From an uncultured Gemmatimonadales bacterium (GTDB taxonomy: Bacteria > Gemmatimonadota > Gemmatimonadetes > Gemmatimonadales > Gemmatimonadaceae): DNA of 64,000 bases. Of the stretch, positions 19,217 to 27,593 are shown in pieces (within the stretch, counting starts at the first letter, position 1; every line of letters begins with the position of its first letter). Location: the NCBI GenBank assembly GCA_963793305.1, contig CAWBZV010000010.1, positions 32,001 to 96,000 on the forward strand, read 5' to 3'. Below the pieces are notes generated by a model. It was not told where the DNA came from. It worked only from the letters and a program-made list of their open reading frames with translations, and did not search any database. Position numbers and translations under genes: made by a program.

Positions 19217-19743
19217 GCAGAGTCTACCGACATCGCGTTTCACTGTGCGACCACTCGTAACAACCGACATTACCGCGAGATCGCGTCGTCCGCTGCCGTC
19301 GCGTCGAGCTCGCGCCGCCTTCATTTGCCAGCTGTACCACGCACAGCCGCCTGGGATTCCAATCCTGACTGCCGGTAGCAATCCCACCGTCCGCGTAACA
19401 TCTCGATATCCGTACGACGCGGCGAATTGGGTGCCTCCGGTCGACTCCGTGGTCGATCACCCTTCGCGTTTGCGCCGGCGCCTGCCGCATGGAGCACGTA
19501 TAGGCGCCGGCAGCTTAACCCTCGCCGGCTGGTGACAAATCCGCCGTCGTTGCTGCGCCGTCTCTCCAATGGGTGGCGAGTTGGTTCGCCACCGTCAACG
19601 TTACAATCGATCGCCCGAGCGCTCGCCATCCGAGCATCTGGAGCAGCCTACGGTTCCCCAAACCGGTTGCAATGACACGATGCGGGCGCGCCCGACGAGT
19701 ACTACCGCTGACCAGCGTCCGAGGCGTCTCGCGGGCGACAGCA

Positions 19744-20013
19744 TCACGTGCGCCGTCCAGAGATTACAATCAGCGTTGCGGCTATAAGAGCAACCGCCGA
19801 AAGGCCCATCAAGCATTGCCGCATCCAGTCGGGTAAATGCAGCCATCCCTCGATAGACGCGAATAGTGACATGGCTCCTAAAATCAAGATCAGGTCCGCT
19901 ACGCGCAACATTCGCAATCTCCGATCCTGCCGCTGTGTCCGTGCAAACCGGAGCACAGCGATCGCCGCCGCAGCGCACAGAGCGATACCTATCAGTTGGC
20001 CGTCGTGCATCAC
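19744..20013 (-). CDS. small hypothetical membrane protein (3 TM)
   Basis: 89 aa, three hydrophobic segments, overlaps the stop of the upstream ORF. Confidence 0.45.
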   Translation of the reverse strand: MMHDGQLIGIALCAAAAIAVLRFARTQRQDRRLRMLRVADLILILGAMSLFASIEGWLHLPDWMRQCLMGLSAVALIAATLIVISGRRT

Positions 20014-20186
20014 TGGGCCCAGAGAGTGAAGGCCATGCGGAATAAAGATCTAAAAGACGGGTCCCTGGCCATTCTGAAATCTATTAGTAAGGCGGCTATG
20101 ATCACGGCTTGCCCGACGATGGCATCAGCACGAGTGTAGAGCTCATCGGCGAATCGATAGATGACTTTGCTGTCGTACGTAGCCAT
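20010..20186 (-). CDS. small hypothetical protein, possibly truncated
   Basis: MATYDSKVIYRFADELYTRADAIV plus a TM segment. Confidence 0.4.
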   Translation of the reverse strand: MATYDSKVIYRFADELYTRADAIVGQAVIIAALLIDFRMARDPSFRSLFRMAFTLWAQ

Positions 20187-20406
20187 CGTGAGCCCACCCC
20201 CATCCAGGTTGAGAGGCATGCGCCACAAGGCCATGCTGCGGTATACTGTCAACCTTGAGACGAGCCAAAACAGAGGAAGTCAGCAGCTGCCAGGCACAAC
20301 AGAAGGTCAAGCCTCTCAGTACTCCGCATTGGGTCGTGACGCACAAAATACGTCAGAGACGAATCGGCACGTCGCCGAGCTCATTCGAACTGACCTCACG
20401 CGCATA

Positions 20407-21672
20407 CTATGCTACTGTCCACCACGGAGTGGCCAGCACGCGCTCGGTAAGCCAGAAGGCTCGATCACCTCCGTGGAGCAAGACACCGCCGCGCACCGCC
20501 GATCCTGATTCCTCTACGAACCGATCGAGATGCATGGCATCGCGATGATTCGGTTCTGAGCTCGCCTTTACTTCGACGCCGAGCAGTGACCCACGGCGCT
20601 CAACCACATAGTCTACCTCCATGCCGCTCGCTGTACGGTAGTAGGTGACCTCCGGCCGTGGTGTCTCCGTATCGCGCCAAGCGAGGAGATCGGCAAGGAT
20701 ATAGTTCTCCAGGTGCGCACCCGTCGGCTCACCGCCGGCAATGTGCAACGCGAGACCGGTGTCGGCCCAATACAATTTGGGAGTTTTGATCAGTCGTGTC
20801 GTTCGATTGCGTGCGTAGGCCGGCAGCCGCACCGCTTGATAGGAAGTCTCGAGGAGGTTGATGTACTGATGCGCGGTCGTCGCCGGCATTCGCACGTCGC
20901 GCGCCAGCTCGGTCGTGTTGAGAAGGTTGCCGATCCGCAGCGCCGCCGCGCGCATGAGGGCCTGGAAGTCTTGCAAGTTGCCGACGGCCTTGAGATCGCG
21001 CAGGTCGCGTTCGAGATAGGTCGCCACGTACCCATCGAACCACAGCGCTCGGGCATCATCGCCCACCACTCCGATGGCCACGGGGGGGAATCCGCCGCGA
21101 CGCACCGTTTCACGCCAGTCAGCGGCGGGCGCCGGGTCCGCTCGCACGACCTCAAGCCATTCGGGGCGCGGCGTGTCGAAGAATCGGGTCCATGCACCGA
21201 CCTCACCTAAGCCGAGGGCCTCACGCCGCGTCAACGGGCCCAGTCGCAGATAGGCAGCGCGGCCGGCGAGCGAATCGCCGACCTGGTGCATCATCAGGAG
21301 ATTCGCTGAACCCGTGAGCACGAACCGTCCGTGTCGCGCGGGGCGATCTTCGTCGACCAGCCGCTTGATCGCCAGCACGAGCGCTGGTTCGCGCTGCACC
21401 TCATCGACGATCATCGTGGGCTCGCTGATGAGGAATGCCCTCGCGTCACGGCGCGCGGCGAGCAGTGCGACGGGGTCATCGAGTGTCACGTACGGTCGAT
21501 CGGCGGTCGCCGGATACGTTGCGACGAACGTGCTCTTCCCCGCCTGACGCGGACCGGTGACGACCACGACGCGGACGCTGTCTAGCGCCCTGGTATACGT
21601 CCGGCCCAGTGCGCGTGGCAGGACGCCGGCGTCAGACCGCCAGGAGGGATCAACCATCCTGATAACGTACAC
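20407..21672 (-). CDS. AAA+ ATPase (AAA_14) with DUF4143/PD-(D/E)xK-like C-terminus
   Basis: GPRQAGKST, DEVQR, LTGSA, GDSLAGR, KTPKLYWADTG, EVDYVV...VEVK; exact start uncertain. Confidence 0.92.
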   Translation of the reverse strand: MYVIRMVDPSWRSDAGVLPRALGRTYTRALDSVRVVVVTGPRQAGKSTFVATYPATADRPYVTLDDPVALLAARRDARAFLISEPTMIVDEVQREPALVLAIKRLVDEDRPARHGRFVLTGSANLLMMHQVGDSLAGRAAYLRLGPLTRREALGLGEVGAWTRFFDTPRPEWLEVVRADPAPAADWRETVRRGGFPPVAIGVVGDDARALWFDGYVATYLERDLRDLKAVGNLQDFQALMRAAALRIGNLLNTTELARDVRMPATTAHQYINLLETSYQAVRLPAYARNRTTRLIKTPKLYWADTGLALHIAGGEPTGAHLENYILADLLAWRDTETPRPEVTYYRTASGMEVDYVVERRGSLLGVEVKASSEPNHRDAMHLDRFVEESGSAVRGGVLLHGGDRAFWLTERVLATPWWTVA

Positions 21673-21717
21673 GTATTGTGCTGATAATCAACGCATCAAA
21701 TGTAGATTATCACCCGT

Positions 21718-21742
21718 GAGCTTTTGACTACCGATCAAAAGG
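21718..21742 (+). repeat. inverted copy of the tRNA-Arg(ACG) anticodon arm
   Basis: GAGCTTTTGACTACCGATCAAAAGG versus tRNA GAGCATTTGACTACGGATCAAAAGG (23/25). Confidence 0.7.
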
Positions 21743-21911
21743 CCGCCGCGATACCACCGGCTAGGCCCGTCGTACCGACAACCCGTTGCGCGCGCAATTG
21801 CGCTGCGTGGTCGCTGTAACGGACACAGACGGACACACGAAGGCCGCGACGGTGAGAAGATCCACCTCCGCGGCCTCCGCTAAGTACTTCTGGATTTTGA
21901 GGCTCTACAAA

Positions 21912-21985
21912 CGCGCCCGGAGAGACTCGAACTCCCAACCTTTTGATCCGTAGTCAAATGCTCTATCCAATTGAGCTACGGGCGC
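21912..21985 (-). tRNA. tRNA-Arg(ACG)
   Basis: GCGCCCGTAGCTCAATTGGATAGAGCA TTTGA-CTACGGA-TCAAA ...GTTCGAGTC..GGGCGCG. Confidence 0.97.
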
Positions 21986-21998
21986 AATTGCGAATCCA

Positions 21999-22072
21999 TG
22001 GGCGGTACAAGACTCGAACTTGTGACCTCCACGATGTCAACGTGGCGCTCTAACCAACTGAGCTAACCGCCC
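21999..22072 (-). tRNA. tRNA-Val(GAC)
   Basis: GGGCGGTTAGCTCAGTTGGTTAGAGCG CCACG-TTGACAT-CGTGG ...GTTCGAGTC..ACCGCCCA. Confidence 0.97.
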
Positions 22073-22094
22073 CTGGCCCTGGCGGGCCCGACAG

Positions 22095-22167
<73 letters not shown>

Positions 22168-22368
22168 CGTCCGAGTCCCGAAAGGAACCTCTGAACCTAG
22201 CGGTGGGTATGTGCGGTGTCAATTCAAAGGGTCTAGCGAAAATCTTCTCGGCCGATATCTTGCGGTGCTCCGACGGGGCCGCGGCCAGAATCCGCGGCAC
22301 CTGACGCTCATCGAAAGACGCGCCAGCGGCGTATATACCGCACGTTCGCCCACTTCTGGCCACCAGGT

Positions 22369-23286
22369 ATGATGCAGGTCCCAATCAAGGACGAGACCAC
22401 GGCCGAATCCCGGCCGCGCCGCCGGCGGAGTGCTCCGGCTGGTATCGCACCCAGCGAACCCGAACGGGACATCCTCGATCAGTACCTGTACGAGGTGAGC
22501 ACGTACCCGCTCCTCAAAGGCACCGAGGAGTTGGACCTCGCCCGAAAAATCCGAGCCGGCGACGGCGAAGCGCTGCAGGAGTTGGTGAAGCGCAACCTGC
22601 GCTTCGTGATCTCAGTCGCAAAAAAGTACCAAAATCGCGGACTTCCCCTGATCGACTTGATCGGCGAAGGCAACGTCGGTTTACTCACCGCCGCCCGCAA
22701 GTTCGATCCCGATCAAGGCGTAAAATTTATCTCGTACGCTGTCTGGTGGATCCGGCAAGCCATCCTCTCGTCGTTGGCGCGGCAGGGGCGAACGGTGCGC
22801 GTGCCGCTCAACAGAACGGCGGATCTGTCACGGATCATTAAAGCCTCCGAGATCCTGCGCCAAAAACTGCGCCGCGAGCCGAATCCCGAGGAGCTCTCGC
22901 AGCTCACCGGACTCTCGGTCGATGTCGTCCAGTCGCTCGCCGCGCTCAACACCGGCGATGTGCGGCTCGATGCGCCGATGGATCCCGAAGGCGATCGATC
23001 GCTTATAGAACGATTCGTCGCCGACGAGATGCCCGACGCCGAAGAAGAAGCGATGAACCGCTTCTTGAACGACGAGATCGAGCAAGCGCTTTCGACGTTG
23101 CCACCCCGTGACGCGAAAGTGCTCCGGCTGTACTTCGGACTCGAGGGCGGCCGGGAGCACACGCTCGAAGAGATCGGCTCGATGCTCGGCGTCACCCGCG
23201 AGCGCGTGCGCCAGTTGCGCGATCGCGCGCTCAAGCGGCTCCGTGAAGGAGAAGTTGGCAGAGCACTTGGCAGCTTCGCCGCATAA
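22369..23286 (+). CDS. RpoD/SigA-family sigma70 factor lacking region 1.1 (group 2-like)
   Basis: NLRFVISVAKKYQNRG, DLIGEGNVGL, FISYAVWWIRQAI, TLEEIG..GVTRERVRQ. Confidence 0.95.
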   Translation: MMQVPIKDETTAESRPRRRRSAPAGIAPSEPERDILDQYLYEVSTYPLLKGTEELDLARKIRAGDGEALQELVKRNLRFVISVAKKYQNRGLPLIDLIGEGNVGLLTAARKFDPDQGVKFISYAVWWIRQAILSSLARQGRTVRVPLNRTADLSRIIKASEILRQKLRREPNPEELSQLTGLSVDVVQSLAALNTGDVRLDAPMDPEGDRSLIERFVADEMPDAEEEAMNRFLNDEIEQALSTLPPRDAKVLRLYFGLEGGREHTLEEIGSMLGVTRERVRQLRDRALKRLREGEVGRALGSFAA

Positions 23287-24039
23287 ATGATCTCCCTCCG
23301 GAACGTCTACAAGGCGTTCGGGTCCAAACGCGTCCTCTCGGGGTTCTCGCTCGATGTCGAAGAGGGCGAGACGGTGGCGATCATTGGGTTCTCCGGCGCC
23401 GGCAAGTCCGTGGCGATCAAGCACATCGTCGGACTCCTCATGCCCGACAAGGGCGAGGTCATCGTCGACGGGCTCAACGTGCCGTCGCTGTCGCGCCCCG
23501 AACTGTATCAGTTGCGCGCCCGGATCGGCTATGTGTTTCAGTTCGCGGCGCTGTTCGACTCGTTGACCATTGGCGACAACGTCGCGATGGGCCTGCGGAA
23601 ACAGGAAGGACTCACCGAGAACGAGATCGCCGAGCGCGTGCACGAGGCGCTGGAGCTCGTGGACCTGCCGGACGTGGCCCAGCAATCGCCGGCCGAGCTG
23701 TCGGGAGGCATGCGGAAGCGCGTCGGGATCGCGCGGGCGATCGCGCTCAGACCGAAGTACATTCTCTACGATGAGCCGACGACCGGGCTGGATCCGGTGA
23801 CGAGCGCCGTCATCGACGATCTCATGGTGCGCATGGAGCGCCAGCTCGGCGTCACCGGCGTGGTGATCACCCACGACATGCGGAGCGCGTATACTGTGGC
23901 CAACCGCATTGCCATGCTGTACGAGGGAACCGTGCGGCAATTCGGCACCGTCGATGAGATCAAGAACACGACCGACCCCGTCGTTCGCCAGTTCATCGAG
24001 GGCCGCGCCGAGCTCGCCACCGCCGGCGTCCACGCATAA
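23287..24039 (+). CDS. mlaF: ABC ATPase, MlaF/Ttg2A family
   Basis: GFSGAGKS, FQFAALFDSL, LSGGMRKRVGIARA, YDEPTTGLDP, DPVVRQFI. Confidence 0.88.
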   Translation: MISLRNVYKAFGSKRVLSGFSLDVEEGETVAIIGFSGAGKSVAIKHIVGLLMPDKGEVIVDGLNVPSLSRPELYQLRARIGYVFQFAALFDSLTIGDNVAMGLRKQEGLTENEIAERVHEALELVDLPDVAQQSPAELSGGMRKRVGIARAIALRPKYILYDEPTTGLDPVTSAVIDDLMVRMERQLGVTGVVITHDMRSAYTVANRIAMLYEGTVRQFGTVDEIKNTTDPVVRQFIEGRAELATAGVHA

Positions 24040-24043
24040 GCCC

Positions 24044-24496
24044 ATGGCCTCCCGCGCGCGGGCGAAGCAAGAGCAGTCGGCCGGCGGCGTGGTGTATCGT
24101 GTAGCCTCGGGCGAACCCGTGTTTCTGCTCATCCGCGATTCGTACAAGAATTGGGGGTTCCCCAAGGGGCACGTCGAACAAGACGAGGCGCCGGCCGCCG
24201 CGGCCGTCCGCGAGGTGGCCGAGGAAACCGGGCTCACGGCGCTCGACGTGCGATCGGAGCTCGAGACGATCGATTGGTACTTCAAGGCGAACGGGCTGCT
24301 CGTGCACAAGACGTGCGCGTTCTATCTCATCGAAAGCCCGAGCGGCGAGACCTGTCCGCAGCGCGCGGAAGGCATCACGGCGTGCCGGTGGTTGACCTTT
24401 GCGGACGCCGCGCGGTTGGTCTCGTACGCCAATGCTCGGCGCGTGCTCGAGCAAGCGTACGCGATGATCGCATCTCCTCGATCCCTTTCGGCGTGA
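24044..24496 (+). CDS. NUDIX hydrolase (Ap4A hydrolase-like)
   Basis: SAGGVV, WGFPKGHVE..E....AAVREVAEETG. Confidence 0.92.
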   Translation: MASRARAKQEQSAGGVVYRVASGEPVFLLIRDSYKNWGFPKGHVEQDEAPAAAAVREVAEETGLTALDVRSELETIDWYFKANGLLVHKTCAFYLIESPSGETCPQRAEGITACRWLTFADAARLVSYANARRVLEQAYAMIASPRSLSA

Positions 24497-24502
24497 TCCG
24501 CG

Positions 24503-25309
24503 ATGAGCACGTCAGCCGACGAGCTGCCCTGCGTCGCGGTCTACGCACCGCCTCCTCGCGAGCGGGCGCGCGCGCTCGTACGCGCCGCGTTCACGCGCCG
24601 GCGCGCGCGCGTCATCGTCACGCGCACGGCGGCTGAGCTCGAGCAGGCCTTTCGCGCCGATCTCATCGACGCCGTCCTGATCGATCTCGGCGGCGCGGCC
24701 GCGGACGACACTTGGAAGGCCGCCGAGCTGGCGCGTGATTATCCGACGGCGGCGTTCTTCGCGGCGATGCCACTGCGCGCCGCCGACGGTCGCATGCTGG
24801 CGCGCTGCGCCGAGCTCGAGTTCGCCGACGTCCTGATCGACGGCGTTGACGACGGCGTGACGCGCGAGCTCGTGATGCCGCACTGCTTCCGGGTGCGCTT
24901 CGCTACCGCACTCCGCGAGCCACCCGCCACGCTCGGGCTGACCTCTCCCCTGCAGCAGAAAACGTGGCGCTGCATCGTCGGCCACGCGGGCCTTCCGGTT
25001 CGCACGGACACCGTCGCGGCGGTCGTCGGCGTCACGCGCGAGCACTTGAGCCGCGCATTCGCGGCCGACCTCGCCCCGAATTTGAAGCGCGTGATCGATC
25101 TTGTCCGCCTGATCGCGGCGGCCGAGCTGGCGAAGAACCCGGGCTACGACATCCGCGACGTCGCGCTCGTCCTCCGGTTCGCCTCGCCCTCACACTTGTC
25201 GAGCACCGCGCAGCGCGTCGTCGGCATGCGCCCCACGTCGCTCGCGCGTCTCAGGACCGTGGACCTGTTCGAGCGGTTTGCGATGGGCCGCAGCAAGAGC
25301 CGCGGCTGA
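24503..25309 (+). CDS. AraC-type HTH regulator with receiver-like N-terminus
   Basis: GVTREHLSRAF, DVALVLRFASPSHLS. Confidence 0.75.
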   Translation: MSTSADELPCVAVYAPPPRERARALVRAAFTRRRARVIVTRTAAELEQAFRADLIDAVLIDLGGAAADDTWKAAELARDYPTAAFFAAMPLRAADGRMLARCAELEFADVLIDGVDDGVTRELVMPHCFRVRFATALREPPATLGLTSPLQQKTWRCIVGHAGLPVRTDTVAAVVGVTREHLSRAFAADLAPNLKRVIDLVRLIAAAELAKNPGYDIRDVALVLRFASPSHLSSTAQRVVGMRPTSLARLRTVDLFERFAMGRSKSRG

Positions 25310-25964
25310 AGCGGCTCACGAATCGCAACACGGCGTCGGCGTTCCCCAGGTCGATGTGCGCCACCTTGAGGCTCTGGGCAACCGTGCCGCTCACGGCCAC
25401 GATCTTGAACTGAAGGGTGGGAATGTCGTACGTCGACAGGACCGGCGTGGGAGTACCGTTGTTCAGCGTGCCGAAGAAGAACTCCAACGCCACCTGGTCG
25501 AGCGACGTTTCGAACGCGTAGTTGTACGTGAAGCTCTCGGAGCCATCGAGGAACTCGTACGGCAGTGGCGTCCACTGTGTCGCGCTGACAATCGGATTCG
25601 GATTGAAGTAGACGAGTACCATACCCGTCGCCAGGATATCGGCTGTGATGGCGCTGTCCGTCACATCGTAGTAGCGGGTGAAATACTCCGTGTACGCCCC
25701 GGGCGACGTCTCCAACGAGTACTGGGAGTTGTAGAGCCACTGCGTATTCGTCACGGTGAATGTGTCGACCAGCACGTTGGCGTCGCCTGTCGGCCCTTGC
25801 GGCCCTTGTGGTCCGGTCGGCCCCTGCGATCCTTGAGGCCCCTGTGCCCCCGTGGCTCCCTGAGGACCCGTCGCCCCCGTAGCGCCGCTCGAACCGCAGG
25901 CGGTGGCTACGGCGATCAGCCCTCCGGCCAGGACGGTACGGCCAAGTGCGTGGAATTTGCTCAT
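25251..25964 (-). CDS. lipoprotein with collagen-like Gly-X-Y repeat
   Basis: Lipobox ATA-C, then about 11 GXY triplets (GATGATGPQG...GPTG) and a beta-rich domain. Confidence 0.8.
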   Translation of the reverse strand: MSKFHALGRTVLAGGLIAVATACGSSGATGATGPQGATGAQGPQGSQGPTGPQGPQGPTGDANVLVDTFTVTNTQWLYNSQYSLETSPGAYTEYFTRYYDVTDSAITADILATGMVLVYFNPNPIVSATQWTPLPYEFLDGSESFTYNYAFETSLDQVALEFFFGTLNNGTPTPVLSTYDIPTLQFKIVAVSGTVAQSLKVAHIDLGNADAVLRFVSRFSRGSCCGPSQTARTGPRS

Positions 25965-26079
25965 CTTTGTTTCTAGGTCAGTTGAGGTGTCTATACCCTC
26001 CATCTCACGGGTTGGGACGAGCCAGCTACTGCCGGGTTACGTAGCAAAAGCCGCAGCCGACTCGTATCTTACGTTTTCT

Positions 26080-26153
26080 GCGCGCGTAGCTCAGCTGGAT
26101 AGAGCGTCGGCCTCCGGAGCCGAAGGTCGTGGGTTCGAATCCCGCCGCGCGCA
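26080..26153 (+). tRNA. tRNA-Arg(CCG)
   Basis: GCGCGCGTAGCTCAGCTGGATAGAGCG TCGGC-CTCCGGA-GCCGA ...GGTTCGAATCC..GCGCGCA. Confidence 0.97.
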
Positions 26154-26213
26154 TTCCCCACATATCTCGCTCTTCCGGCCCGTTGCCTCAATGACCGGAT
26201 GTATATTTATCGC

Positions 26214-26447
26214 ATGCTCGATGAACAGCATGCAGCCCACATTCATCGCGTCGAGCAAGAGGGGCAGCTGAGGCACGATGCGATCACGCGCCAGCTGTCT
26301 CCATCGCAGAAGGTGGCCGTAGTCCACGAACTACGGCGGTTGGCGTGGGAAGGGAAGGCGGCGTGGCTCCGGAACACGCACCCAGGGCTCGGCGAAGAGG
26401 AGATCCAGGCGCGCCTGCGAGCGATCTTCCTTCGCGCCGTCACGTGA
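26214..26447 (+). CDS. small helical protein, partner of the nucleotidyltransferase
   Basis: LSPSQKV...LRNTHPGLGEEEIQARL; 1 nt from the next gene. Confidence 0.7.
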   Translation: MLDEQHAAHIHRVEQEGQLRHDAITRQLSPSQKVAVVHELRRLAWEGKAAWLRNTHPGLGEEEIQARLRAIFLRAVT

Positions 26448-26448
26448 C

Positions 26449-27018
26449 ATGCACGCCGAGCCGGCGTCGCTCGTTTCACTTTTCGTAGCACCCCTCAACC
26501 GCCTCGGCCTGACGTACATGGTCACGGGGTCGCTCGCAACGTCGATCTATGGCGATCCCCGGCTAACGCACGACATTGACCTGGTCATCATCCTCCCCGA
26601 GGAAGGCGTAACCGCGCTCCATGCGGCGTTTGATGGCGCCGAGTTCTATGTACCGCCCGTTGACGTGATCGCCGTCGAGGCCCATCGGCCACTGTATGGC
26701 CACTTCAACATCATTCACACGGCGACGGCGCTGAAGGCCGACATCTATACGGTCGGGTCGGATCCTCTGCACCACTGGGCCATCGATCGGCGCCAGGCCA
26801 CCACGATCGACGGCGAAACCGTGTGGCTCGCGCCACCCGAGTACGTTGCGCTGCGCAAGTTGCAATACTTTCGCGATGGTGGATCCGAGAAACACCTCCG
26901 GGACGTGCGCGCGATGCTCCGGCAACTCGGCCCCGAGATCGATCACGCAGTGCTCGAACGTGAGGCAATGCGATTGGGTCTCCAGACGCAGCTTGCGATG
27001 GTCACGGCACAGCCGTAG
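26449..27018 (+). CDS. Pol-beta-superfamily nucleotidyltransferase (AbiE/MNT-like)
   Basis: YMVTGSLA..YGDPRLTHDID, KADIY, KL..GGSEKHLRDV. Confidence 0.8.
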   Translation: MHAEPASLVSLFVAPLNRLGLTYMVTGSLATSIYGDPRLTHDIDLVIILPEEGVTALHAAFDGAEFYVPPVDVIAVEAHRPLYGHFNIIHTATALKADIYTVGSDPLHHWAIDRRQATTIDGETVWLAPPEYVALRKLQYFRDGGSEKHLRDVRAMLRQLGPEIDHAVLEREAMRLGLQTQLAMVTAQP

Positions 27019-27024
27019 CCGTCA

Positions 27025-27534
27025 TCATAACGACGGATCCTTCGCCGTCGGCGGCAGCAGGCCATTGAGTCGCAGATAGATCGCGACCTGGCTGTAGTGG
27101 TCCGACCAGTGGGCCACCGCGTTGATCAAGGCCAGCGCGCGCGTTTCCGTCTCACCGCCGGACGAGAGGGGCTCGCCGAGCCGCGTGTCATTGAGCGAGG
27201 CGAGCGCCGTATCGCAGAACGCGAAGGTCTGCTCGAGGCGCGCGACCAAGTGCTTCTTGGTGTCTGTCGCCACCAGTGTCGGGCGCGGCGGTGCGTCGAT
27301 CCCCGCGACCACGCTGCACAGGATGTCGTTGTCCTCCGCCAGATGGACGACGACCTCGCCGAATGTCATCTGCGCCTTGGTGGGCTTGTAGGCGTACTGG
27401 GTCGCCGGCATCTCCTGGGCGGACAACACGAGGCGTTTGGATTCGCGCCGCACGTTGGCGCGGAATGCGTCGGCGACCGGAGCGGTCTGCGCCAGAGCGG
27501 CGAGCGGAAAGCAAAGGATGAGAGAATAGCGCAT
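27025..27534 (-). CDS. secreted DinB-family protein
   Basis: Signal peptide; MPATQYAYKPT, FGEVVVHLA, HWSDHYSQVAIYLRLNGLLPP. Confidence 0.88.
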   Translation of the reverse strand: MRYSLILCFPLAALAQTAPVADAFRANVRRESKRLVLSAQEMPATQYAYKPTKAQMTFGEVVVHLAEDNDILCSVVAGIDAPPRPTLVATDTKKHLVARLEQTFAFCDTALASLNDTRLGEPLSSGGETETRALALINAVAHWSDHYSQVAIYLRLNGLLPPTAKDPSL

Positions 27535-27576
27535 GCCGCAACCAAGCCTGACGAATTGCGCTAATCAAGCAGGCCG

Positions 27577-27590
27577 TTGTACTAGTACAA
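27577..27590. promoter_or_regulatory. perfect 14-bp palindrome, candidate MocR operator
   Basis: TTGTACTAGTACAA, 3 nt before the mocR ATG, between divergent genes. Confidence 0.55.
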
Positions 27591-27593
27591 TCT

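Larger units (their letters stand above)
19217..21834. mobile_element. integrase-less genomic islet inserted at tRNA-Arg(ACG)
   Basis: Bounded by the direct repeats; carries an AAA-DUF4143 ATPase and small membrane ORFs. Confidence 0.7.

Noticed and set aside
19217..19740. Short ORFs at the left end of the islet
   Set aside because: Overlapping low-complexity ORFs on both strands with no motif or RBS; cannot be supported
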